This document shows positions 22,530-34,555 of a stretch of 64,000 nt of DNA, one piece after another. How positions within the stretch are numbered: position 1 is the stretch's first letter; each line of letters begins with the position of its first letter. Source of the stretch: Neoechinorhynchus agilis (taxonomy: Eukaryota > Animalia > Acanthocephala); assembly GCA_051530055.1 (NCBI GenBank), contig CM121342.1:592797-656796 (forward strand), written 5' to 3'. Position numbers and translations under genes: made by a program. The notes beneath the pieces were generated by a model. That model had not been told where the DNA came from, ran no database searches, and was given only the letters and a program-made list of their open reading frames with translations.

Positions 22530-23390
22530 CAATATACGTGGTCAATTAATAGAAGGATTCCAATCTTTTTCAATTTTTGGAACTCAAATCTATTGAATTC
22601 GCAAGTCGACTATTACTTTCCTATTGATATTAAAGGCACGGGCACTTGTTCTGGAATTTTGTTCGTAATTGCCGACTACATTACTCCTTGGGTTTTTTAC
22701 AGCGCCCTAAATTTGGGCAAATCAATTTTGTTTAGACGAAACGCTTAGAATTCTTGAAAGCTTCAAATGTGTTGACAATTTGCATTCATTTTAATCTTGA
22801 AGTAGAGCGAAGTAAGGGACGCAAGTGATAATGTGGCAGTAAATTTCGTTAATGCAGAATCGTTCACAACTCCCTATGCTGCAAATTGTCAACGCATTGG
22901 AAGCTCTCAAGAATTCCAAACGTTTCTTCTAAACAATATTGAATTGCCCAAATTTGGGGTGCCTTTTGGTATAAACAAGCATCTCGCAAGATTCAAACGG
23001 TCGGTTGCCCGGCAAAATCCGAAACCAAGTTCCAGAACAAACGCCCGTGCCTTTGATATTGATAGTAAAGTGGCATCACGTCTTGCCGCCATCCACCCAA
23101 TCATTTTCATTTCGGGCCCCCTACATTCGCTTGATGTGATTGGCAGTGGTGTAAAAAACACGCTACATGTTTGCTAACGTAAAATAAATTGAATAAATCA
23201 CTGCTGATATGTCAATTGAAATTAATTCTTGCAATTGACAAAGAGGATTATATTCGCTTTGTAAACAAAGTTCCTATGAAAGCGCATAAAAATCTTTTAA
23301 TGATGTGTTCCTTTGGATATTTTGTCATTTGCTGAATTCGTAGTTGAATAGCTAATTTCGTCGATGAAAGTATAAGCGTTTTTTAGTAAT
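22530..23390. repeat. Patchwork of short repeat fragments
   Basis: A direct and an inverted piece of the 10.3-10.7 kb repeat, an inverted RTE piece (~23085-23152, matching 11461-11525) and an inverted solo 237-bp unit (~23153-23390). Confidence 0.8.
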
Positions 23391-23419
23391 AACAACAACA
23401 AGATTTATTCATCATGGTA

Positions 23420-25300
23420 ATATATATAGAGAAGTTTTACAACATCATAGCCATTCTAGTGACATGGTTGAGTAGTCCATCTTACCAACCTTTTGAAACA
23501 GAAACTCCTCAACTCTCCGGCCCAGGAGAAAGACAGGGTGTTAAGGTTGTCGCAGAAGGTTTTGACAAACAAAGACTTTTGTTCCTGGGGGCGACCTCGA
23601 GAAAAAAAGACTAAACCTGGAATGCACCAACTTTTATAAATAGTTTGACATTGCTTAACACTCAGCCCGAATTTGATGGCGCGCTTAGTCTTTTTAAAAG
23701 CAAAACTGAGCATTTTTTTCATTTTACCTAAATCTGTTCTAGGTGATAGATTTGAAGTAAAAGTGTGGCTCAAAATTCTAATTTTAAGAGGAGCGTTGGA
23801 AAACCCTGAGGAAGAGGTGACAGGGTTATTCATTAAATTGTTGATTCCCTACCTTCTCCTGGCCATTGAGTCAAGGCTTCCTTGAATTGGCATTTGAGAT
23901 CAGGTTGGCTGTTCCGCTATCAATTAGCCTGGATTGGGTTTCGATTATTCTGGCCACGAATTCTGAAGTTGATTCATCAATATCCATCATAACATCTTCC
24001 TCTTCATTAGAGCGAGATCCACCATTTGACTTTTTTGCTACTCTTGCATCCTCGTCAGACGTAATGGATCTTTTGAGTTTTGCTGGATCTTGTTTTGATA
24101 AGCAAGAGGAGAAAAGAGCCGGAAGGTTTGTCAAATTATCGATTAGGGTACAGATCTTCCTTTCGAAAGCCAACAATGCCTCGAGCTTGCATGATCATGA
24201 GAAGTTTGTTGCAGGCTTCTTCTAATTTGCTCTCCAAAAAATCCATGGTCACAACTTGAGCTGACGGCGCATTGCCGGAATGTTCCGAAGTAGAGTTGTC
24301 AAATTGACGATAGGAGGCTGCTGGAAGCGCTGAGTTGAGCTTCGCTGCTGACTGCTGGGTTGGATTCCTGAATTTGCTCCTGTTGTCTCCACCGGCATTG
24401 AGAGACTTTTTAGCCCAAGCCCAATATTTCTTGAACTCAGGACAGCCTTTATAGAAGGACGAAAGTTGTCCATGACAATTCACACACTGCTTTTTTGACT
24501 TAATACACTGATCCGAACCATGGGAGGCATCTGCGCAGTGGCGACATTTTTTTAAGGAAAGATTGGGGCAATTATGGCACCACTGGCCCCATTGATGGCA
24601 GATGGAGCATTGTGGGAATATGAAGTCATCCTGTTCATGGTTCGACTTCATCGCAAAGTTAATTTCAAAACAATTGAACGAGCATAATTGTTGTGTGCAT
24701 AAGTCGTCGCGAACTTGTCTTTGTCCCTCCACCATGGCAATCGAGATGGGTTGACCTGTCCTCCTTGAATTAAGAAAAAACTTGATCTTACAATTGAACG
24801 ATTGCTCGAAATCTTCCCGCCCTTCATTGGTGATTGAAGGATCAATTCCTTTCACCAGAAATTGTACTTTTTGAGAGCTATATGAAACATCATACACTTC
24901 CTTGGGAAGATTAGAAATAGAGAAGTTGACCAATTTTTCCAACCAAGTATGTGACACCATATAAATTCTAAGCGTGCCGGCGAAATATGTTAAGTGATCG
25001 ATTCTTTTAATGCCATCGTTTTTTAAAAGAACGAGTCCAAGGGCTTACTATTTGATCGTACGTGATTTGTTTGGGAAGGGTTAGTTTTGATTTGAAGATA
25101 GCTATGTATGACCATCTTTTTGTCGGTGAAGACAAGTAATTTGATATTGGAATTTGTTTTGATGATGTCGACTGGAAGTTGTTTCCCAGGACTTATGATT
25201 GTTGTAGCTCGAGATTAGAGAGTAGCTGCTCTCGCTTCTCCAGAACAAAGCCTCCATGATCATCAGAAGGATCAGGAGGTTTCGAAGGGTGTTCACTACT
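23420..25300 (-). mobile_element. I/Jockey-type LINE, internally deleted (ORF1 with three Zn knuckles + RT C-terminal remnant)
   Basis: KPPDP near the 5' end, then CSICHQWGQWCHNC..CRHCADASHGSDQC..CVNCHG. ILSHTFTSNLSPRTDL is paralogous to 42427-42675. Confidence 0.75.
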
Positions 25301-25335
25301 AAATACGCTTTTTCCGTCAGAACGAAAACTGCGCA

Positions 25336-25486
25336 TGATGATTGAATGTCATCCGCAATCGATCGTAAATGCGTGCATACGGTCGATTACATTATCGATC
25401 GGTTTAGTACCTGTTTGCACAGTTAAATTGTCGTTAATTATTCGAACGTTGTTTTTTGTTTAATAAAACTCTCCAAGTGCAGTACA
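25336..25486 (+). repeat. 5' LTR (5' boundary approximate)
   Basis: 25366-25482 matches 29048-29164 with one mismatch seen. Ends in TACA. Confidence 0.85.
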
Positions 25487-28400
25487 ATTTATTAAACAAA
25501 AAAAAGCTGTACAACAAGAAGCAAAGACATTCATGTCAAGTACGCTCGAGACAACCATGCTTAAAGTTACCGATAATCTATTTAAACCCGATAGATTACT
25601 CACAGTACCAAGCGATAGCAACTACTTTTGAGAATTATATCGAAGATCTTGAAATTGATGACAAAGGAAAATTGATTCGTTTGATAAACTGCGTTGGATC
25701 AAGGGTGTATGCTCAAATCAAATGTTGCAAAACATATGAAGAGGCAACAAACTGTTTAAAAAGCATACTGCCGAATCACAAATGTCGTTGCAGCGAGGTA
25801 TCGACTGATAGCTCGACGAATTACGTGACTGAACTTAGATTATTAGGTAATAATTGCCAGTTTAAGGACATAACCGCGGATGAGACAAAGGAGGAAGCAA
25901 TAAGGGAGTCATTAATTGCTGGGCTATGCTCCGACAAAATGAGACAAAAGCTGCTCGAAAAAGCGAATATATCCTTAGAGGAAGCGATTCAGCAGGCATA
26001 TATTATGGAACAAGCTGAAGCCGATTGCCGCTATTTCAATACCAATCAATACAATTACATCGGAAAAATGAAACCAACCATTGCAACCGTATTCAAAACG
26101 AAATTACGGAATCACTTAACAACCATCAAACCAAAGCTCCTGAATGTCTAGCAGCCAATTACAACAAACAAACGTGTTTTTTCTCTGGGAATAGACGCCA
26201 TCCCAGATCAATATGCCCTGCAAAAGATTCCAAATGTAACAAATGCCAGAAGATTGGCCGTTACTCAAGAGTATGTAGGTCCATGTCAAAGATAGCCGCA
26301 ACCTCATTACAAGCAATTGAAAAATGATTCTCGTCGAACTTCGCAAACAATCACAATAAATAACAAAGACAATTTGTCTGTTCTGTTCGATACTGGAAGT
26401 TCTCAGAGCTTCATCGATGATCAGCTCGTAAAGCAACTAAATCGCAAAATGATATACAGACAAATGCCGGTAAGATTAGCTTCTGGAGATATAGAACGGA
26501 GCACGACCGGAATAACCCGTTCCGACATTAGATACAAAGGGATTATCTATAAAAATGTCGAACTGTATGCGCTTAAAAATTTATGCACCGATATAATTTT
26601 GGGAAGATCATTTATGAATAAGTTCAAGGAAGTAAAATTCCTTTTTGATGGAGATGGATCGCTTGAATGCATGTCAATGGATGGAGAGATGACTCCTCGT
26701 CCTTTTGCAAATCTCAATCAGGGCTGTCGACCAGTAGCGGTGAAATCAAGGAATTATAGTCAACTCGATAAAGTCTTCATTAAAGAAGTTAAACGTATGT
26801 TATCGGAAGGAATAATTACCCATAGTAAGTCTCCTTGGCGGGCGCAGGTATTGATTGTTCAAAGTAACGCAAGTAAGCCTCGAATGGTGATTGATTATGC
26901 ATCGACAATCAATAAATATACTGAACTAGATGCATACCCTCTTCCAAAAATCGACGATCTAGCCCGAGAAGTAGCACAATATAAATATTTTACGGCCATC
27001 GATCTTCGACATGCATACTATCAAATACCAATCAACAGGCTGGATAGGATTTCTACAGCTTTTGAAGCGAATGGTGGTCTTTATGAATTTACCCGGATTC
27101 CATTTGGTATCACTAACGGCGTAGCGGTTTTTCAGAGAATAATGAATTCGATCATTGATAAAAACAAGCTGAAAGGTACCTATGCATATTTGGACAATAT
27201 CACAATTTGTGGATCTACAATTGAAGAGCACGATGCAAATTTAAACAATTAAAAAAAATCGCAGAAGATCTTGGTTTGACATTCAATGATAAAAAATACA
27301 TTTTCAGGAAAACCGGATCCTGAAAGGATAGAGAGTTTTTTGGCATTAAAACCACCAATAGATAAGACTAGTTTGAAACGTTGCATGGGAGTATTTTCGT
27401 ACTATTCCAATTGGACATCTGACTTTTCAACCAAAATTAACCCGGTCATTCGTATCTCGGAATTACCGTTGAATCAAAAATCATTAGAAGCTTTGGAATC
27501 TATCAAGCAGGGAATCGGGAATGCTGCTCTGAGCTGTCTGAATCCGACTGGACAATTAGTCTTAGAAACCGATTCTTCGGACGTTGCCATCGCTGCTACC
27601 TTGAGTCAAAACGGAAAACCTATAGTTTTTCTCACGCACTCTTTCACCTGCAGAAAGAAAACATCCTGCGATTGAGAAGGAAGCTCAGGAAATTGTAGAG
27701 AGTGTTCGAAAATGGAGACACTGGCTAACTGGAAGGGCGTTTTTGATCATTACTGATCAACAATTTGCATCTTTTATGTTCAATATCAATCACAACAATA
27801 AGATTAAGAACGACAAAATCGAAAGATGGCGTGTAGAGTTATCCTGCTACAAATTCGAGATCAAATACCGACCAGGTCGATTGAATGTCAGTGCAGATGC
27901 TTTTTCAAGATTAGATTGTCGTGCCACTAATACGAAGGATCTAATTTATATACATAATGAATTGGCTCATCCGGGTGTGCAGCGGCTGGCCCACTTTGTG
28001 AGAACAAAGAACCTACCATATTCCTTAAATGATGTGAAACGTACTTGCGAGGAATGCTCGATCTGCTCTGAATTCAAACCTAGATTTTATAAACCGCGAG
28101 ATCTGCACGTAGTAAAAGCTACCAAACCTTTTGAGCGTTTAGTGGTTGACTTCAAGGGACCGATACCGAGTTCGACAAACAACAGATTTGTATTTCTTGT
28201 GGTAGATGAGTTCTCACGGTATCCGCTAGCGTTCCCATGTAAAGACACTTCAAGCCGGACTGTTAAGAATTGTCTACAGCAAGTATTTACTTTATTTGGA
28301 CTTCCGGAATACATTCACAGCGACAATGGAAGTTGTTTTCGCTCCGAAGATACTAGACCTTTTCTGTCGGACTTAGGAGTCGCGAATAGCTATTCCAGCC

Positions 28401-29016
28401 CGTATAACCCGCGTGGTAACGGTCAGTGTGAGAGATATGTCGGAATATTGTGGCGAAACGTCAGAATGCTACTAGCGTCAAAATCTCTGCCCCTAACAGA
28501 ATGGGAAACCGTTTTACCAATGGAGCTTCATGCAATGAGGTCGTTACTGTGTACTACTACGAATCCACTTCTCATAAACGATTATTCAATTTCCCTCGAA
28601 AGTCACGATGTACGAATCTCCTTCCAACTTGGCTCAGAAAAACAGGTCCAGTATGGCATAGAAAACCGTTTTGCAATAGCAAGTATGACGACCGAATGGA
28701 GAAAGTCGATCTTCTATACGCCAATCATGGGTATTCTACAATCCAATTCGATGACGGGCACAAAAGTATTATATCAACTAAAGAGCTAGCCCCATATTCA
28801 AACAACGACCAAGAGTCGGAAGACGGAGAGATATCCCACTTATCACCTAACAACAATGTACCAACGATTACGAAAAGGTAGAAACTGGGGACGAAACACA
28901 TGCTGGAACAGACGAATTATCTCTAGAGTCACCAACCGCTATTCAACAACCTCGGAGATCGTCGCGAATACGAAAACCTCCAAGATACCTGGAGGAAAAT
29001 TATAAATGGGGGACAA

Positions 29017-29170
29017 TGTGAACAAAGTGGTCATCCGTAATCGGTCATAAATGCGTGCATACGGTCGATTACATTATCGATCGGTTTAGTATCTGTTTGC
29101 ACAGTTAAATTGTCGTTAATTATTCGAACGTTGTTTTTTGTTTAATAAAACTCTCCAAGTGCAGCATACA
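29017..29170 (+). repeat. 3' LTR (TG...CA)
   Basis: Starts TGTG right after the polypurine tract and ends TACA. Confidence 0.9.
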
Positions 29171-29559
29171 AGTGGACACATTTTGAGATAAAAATAAGAT
29201 GGTTTTATTTTTTCAGCCGAAGTATTTAAGCCCAAGAGCAATGGTATTAATTCATTTAGTAACTAAAATGTAGTTGTCGTACGAATTGAGCTTGCTGTAG
29301 AATGAGAAAGATGTCTTATAAATATTTAAATTTATCGACTTATTCGGTCTTTCAAATTTTCTAGAAATTAGAATTGAAACTTTTAAGAATTTAACAATGC
29401 TCTTTATCACAGTATAGCTAAATTAAAGCTTTTCGGCAGAATATGTATTTACTTCTCGATAAAATTTAGAATTTGCGCGATCACTAAAGATGTTCAGCAA
29501 GTAAACCAAGGATGCGAATCATTGGTTGATATGGTTAAATAAATGAATTAAATATTTAT

Positions 29560-31376
29560 TTAAGGTAAATAATTTACTGTGAAAATCTTCGACAGATAAT
29601 CTCGCTGTTTGGTATCAATTCCTTTGGATACAGCGGCTTTGTAGTAATGGACGTAAAGCTTCTTGGTACCCATAAATTTGTGATATATAGCCATCATGTA
29701 GTGACCATCAGCGTTTCCAGGATCATTTTCAATTAATTCTTGCAATATATTGTGAGCTTCATTGGTTCGGTTTGAGTTCAACAAAACACCTGCCAAATGG
29801 ACCTTAACTAACGAATTGTTATCACTAATATCCAACGCTCGACCCAGAGCCTGTAGCGAATCATCGATCTGTTTAAGCTTAAAGAAAGAGACCGCTAATC
29901 TGATTTCCAATCTCCAATGTGAGGGGTTCATGACCAGCGCTTGTTTTAATTCTACGATCGCGCAGTCAAAATACCCTTTGTCAAATAATAACATTCCTCG
30001 GTACATAAATGATTTATAAGTGAAAGGATCATATTTAATAAGGATATTGATTGCTTGATCCATCCTTCTGTATTGACCGTTTAAGTAACGTTCACTTACA
30101 AGAAGTGAAGTGGCATAGGCCCGAAGTTTAACGTTCGAATCTTCAACTTTAATTGCTTTCTCAAACGCTTTGACCGCAAGTTCCTTGTCCTTATACAAAG
30201 TTAATAGATTTCCTTTGGCGCAATAGTAAATAGCATTGTTTGGCAATGTGGATATTGACTTAAGACAAAGGTTGTGGAGGCTGGCCTCATCATTTTTACG
30301 ATAAAGTGCCGTAGAATAATATTCTAAACCTTCTGTTGAATCGGGGAAATGTTGCATTAGACGCTCAAAGGATAGAATGCACGCGTCGTTTAACATTTGT
30401 TCAAATTGAATTTTGGCTACTAGCAGTTGAATAGAATGAACCATTTCGTAACAACAAATTCCGTCGAGTGTCTTAATATGCTCCATTGCTTCTCGAAATC
30501 TGCATAGTGAAAATGCATGGTAGGCTCGAGCGTATTGAACTAAAATGATCGTCAAAGCATTGGATCGATGAAAGTTTCTATTCTCAACAGAACTACGACT
30601 CACTTCCCCATTTTTGTCTATTCTTTTATATTTTCCAACTGGCTCGAGATCACTTTTCCTATCTTCATCTACGGTAATCGCTATGGGTCTTTTTATCCCT
30701 GTATTGATTGCATTTATTTTAATATTTAGTAAAATCTTAATAGAATCATCGAGATGTGGTGTGAGCTTCAACACTAAATTTTCGATTTGTAAATTCCACT
30801 TTATAGTGTCACATGCTCCCTCAATACAATGCACTGAAGTTGGATCAGCTTTTAAGCCCAATCGAAAGGCCCGCATGGCGACAATATGTTTTAACTGTTC
30901 AAGTAAAATGTAGCCGATTGTTTCAAATAGTGAGCCGAGCATTATTCGGTCATTTTTTCCAATTACATTATCTCTACATATTCTGTAAAGTAAATTTAAA
31001 CGACGTATATCGTCATGATCGTCTGATCCAGATATTGTATTCGTCCACCGACAAAACTCATCTTGAAAAGAGTCCAATTTTCTCCATGTGTAACAAGACC
31101 TGGCGAAACGCGTTTTTGCCTCTATTGTGCTTAGATCAACAACCAAAATACGTAAGGCGTCCAGAGAGTTTAAATATTTATCACTGCATTTTTTTTGAAC
31201 TCCAAATACTTGTTATTAACTTTTGTATAGTTTGGATACTGCGACCGCATCAAATCTGCATAGAACATTGCATTTCGTGAACTGTAAACCGAAATGTAAT
31301 TTTCGGCGTATTTTTCTAGCTCTTCAACTTCAGGAATAGAAGTGATTTTATCCAAGAGTGGGTTTGAATTGATCAT
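29560..31376 (-). CDS. CDC27: Cell division cycle 27 / APC3 TPR subunit; predicted join(31210-31376, 29560-31183), 596 aa
   Basis: EGLEYYSTAL..YCAKGNLLTL..AVKAFEKAI and the later TPRs match the CDC27 C-terminal TPR block. The upstream ORF ENYISVYSSRNAMFYADL matches the N-terminal motif. A 26-nt GT-AG intron joins the two frames. Confidence 0.85.
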
Positions 31377-32744
31377 GATTTTTGAGGGCTTGGTATTGTG
31401 CTTCTTTGTTAGAGCTTACGATTATGTGTACGAGAGCAATGTGAAAGTTGTTTGAGGAAGATTCAGTCTTGTGAGATAAAAACTATCTTTTACACTGGAT
31501 TGAAAGTGTTTGGCTGTATAAATTTCGTGATCAGTCTTCTATAATGTGCAGTAGCACGGTTCCTTAAAAATACTAATGATAATGTAGCCAATCAGCGATC
31601 AAGTTGATAAAGGCACGCAATCGTAACTTAAATCTATTTGGATTGAAACTAATTTGCATTGCGCAATCGTTCCTTGATTGAAAGATAATTTGTGCGTAAA
31701 ATAAAATTTACTTAATTATTTCAAATCAACACATCGATAATCAAAGATATAACGAAAACGCCATAATTAAACTTGTGATTTTACGAACTTTTGAAGTTTG
31801 TATGAATTGAAAAAAAATTGTATCTTCGGAATTTTTTGACATGCTAACAAGGTTCTCAAATTATAATTTATTCATGCTTCTTTCCTGTGGCATGGTTTTC
31901 AATTAATTTCTCCGGAATATAAAAATCTGGAAACGTCTGTGGTGTCGATGCATTATTTTGCATAAGAAGATTGATCGGTCGTAAATCGGATTTAGATATG
32001 ACATAGGAAGGAGTAAAAACTATATTAATTGACTTACGTGTAAAAATCTCGGTTTTAAAATGTAAAAGCTTTTTCGTTATTTTTACAGAATATATCAAAA
32101 TGGTAAGTAATTACAATTAATTTTTCCGCCATTTTTCGCTTTCAATTACTCGGTCACATTGTGGAAAACCTTTAAAGTATGTGATAATTATTCTGAGTAT
32201 GATGTCAAGGCATTCGAAGATTTCAAGAATTCCAAGTAAAATTCATTTAAATTCCTCATCGCGAAATTCTATTCTGTGTGATTCCGACATTACTCATAGC
32301 TGTCATTTTTTCTTTATAGTATGAAAGTATTTTACAATAATTTATTTTTTATATACAAATGTTTAATTTCTAAGCAACTTTAAGCAGCAACTGATTTTTG
32401 CGAGAAAATGTTGTTAGACCTATAATTCCTTTTTCAATTTTTCATCATTAATCCTTCGTAGGACGCTTTTTTCGTGGATATTTTTACTGAGTAAACGGCA
32501 TTTTCTCTCAACTTTCTCATTCGTCTTCATTATTGGTTCCATTGATCACATTGGTGTTTGGGTTTTCATTCTCTTCGTAGTTATCCTCATAAATGTCTTC
32601 TCGTTCTGCGACACATAAAACGTATTCGAGATGTTCATAAATATATCTATCGCAACTTCTGCGCATTAAGGCCATCTTTAGTTCTTCGTTACAAACACAT
32701 CCATAGTACAATTTAACGTTGAGGCAGGTAAAGCGACGCCTGAA

Positions 32745-34555
32745 GTGGTGCGAACTTCCAAACAACCATAAGCCATGGGAAAAGTAGCCTGTCGGCAACC
32801 TGTGTCAGAAAATTTGACATTCAATATATGTCCCAGCTGCTTACGAATTACCCCGTCGAGCTCTCCTAACAATTTGTCTTCTCCGAAACATGGAGCTGCT
32901 CTTAGCTTATGAAGCAATTTTGGCATATAGAGGCAATTCTTGATCAAGAAGAGACCCTCATGTGCCGAAAGCTTCGGGATTTGTGCGCGCAGGTCCTTCG
33001 CAACATTCTCAGCAAGAACGCAGGTCCCGAGGAGTGTGAGCTGGTCAAGGGTGATCAAACCTAGACCAGGAGCAACTGATTCAAAATCGCTAGAGATTTG
33101 AGAGCGCTGGTTTTCAGTTGCGTTCAGGACGAGAAGTTCGCATTTTTAGGGATTTATTTCTATTCCCAAGCGGTCCGCTTTATTCACGATCCTTTGAAGG
33201 TCGCTCAAAACAACACTTGGATCGCCACCGAGTGTGGCATCGTCCAAGTACCAGGCGTTGAAAGAAGAAACCATTGAATGGGCAAGATCATTTACTGCGA
33301 CGGAGAAGCCTATGGGGCCTAGTGGATCTCCCTGTTGTACACCACTCCGCGACCAAATTATTTTGTCATTGTACAGCAGTGGCGTATGTTTAGCATATGC
33401 TCTCCAGAAATAGGAGTAAGCCTCTGGGACGACATCCTCAATTGCTTTTAAAATTATTGAAAGCATTTTTAAAATCTATTTTCAGAATTGCTGTTGGCTT
33501 TGTTCTTTGGGGGATAAATTTTCGCAAAGCATGCACGACCGCTTCAACTCCACAAGGAGTGCAGCAACCTAACTGACAGGGTCTTAAAAATTCTCCCGTT
33601 TTATCGGAGATTCTCCTGCATAAAACTTTCGCGGCTATTTAAGCAAAGCAGTTCCGAGGGCTATTCCCGAAGCACCTGTAGAAAAAGACATCATGTCTTT
33701 GAGGTGCTGTGGACGCAAGCCACCCGGCCCGTGTCCTGAGCCATTGGTGAAGGAAGACACAGCTTTCCTTATTTCTAAACTATTTGCTCGGAAAGCCTGA
33801 GCAGTTGGTGTAAAATTGGCGGAGTTCGACTCCGATGACGGATGCAACTTTAATAGAGCCTCAAAAGTTGTGCCATGATTTGGCGCAAAATCTTCAGTTG
33901 AGGCTAGAAGCCGAACCGCACCGCGAACATCCACGTCTGCTAGCTTCGCCGATACGCGTTGACCCAGTGGCCGAACTGTGCCTTGTTCACGGCTTTTGCT
34001 AGACGAATTTTTGAGAGTCGCTCAGGATTCGGTCATTCTCTTTAAATTCGCGTCGAACTCCACTAGCCTATTTTTAATGTTGGATGTCAAATTCCCCGAT
34101 ATTGAGTTGCTAGAGCTGAGAACAAGGCGGGGGAAAGCAAAAAGTTTTACCCAATCAACATCCTCATTTTTCTCAGCACAACGTTGCAAGAGATTTGTAT
34201 ATGATTGTGCCACCCGGGCTCTTGCCCCCTTGGGAATGTGCCTTAAAATTGTTGTTAGTAAAACCCGGGAAAGGGATTCCAACAATTAGGGTTCAAAGTT
34301 TGGCTACCAGCTCTCGCTAGGTTTAGCCGGTCGCGATAAAGATAAGGATGCAGGAATGCTCGGCCGAGATGGGAGAGGTTGGTACGAACCAGGACACCGG
34401 GAGTCAATGGGCCCATGCACCCCAAATAGGCCAACCTTTGTTAAATGTATTTCCCGTTCGCAGAAGGGGCAAATCGTGGGTACGTATGGGGCATGCTGGG
34501 AGGTGCCAACTTGCATCAAAGTGGTAGGCAGTGACTTCGGGGTCGTCGGTACTTT
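32745..34555 (-). mobile_element. CRE-clade retrotransposon (Zn finger + RT), lacking the 3' endonuclease region, frameshifted
   Basis: CPFC..GVHGPIDSRCPGS, HIPKGAR, GSGHGPGGLRPQHLKD, SGVQQGDPLGP, AWYLDDATLGG and QATFPMAYG. Confidence 0.9.

Larger units (their letters stand above)
25336..29170 (+). mobile_element. Ty3/gypsy LTR retrotransposon with both LTRs; gag-pol is disrupted
   Basis: Gag with a zinc-knuckle region, protease VLFDTGS, RT PFGITNG..YLDN, RNase H LETDSS, and integrase HHCC + VDFKGP..HSDNG..GNGQCER, in the order PR-RT-RH-IN. A polypurine tract lies at ~29003-29016. Several stops and frameshifts are present. Confidence 0.95.
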
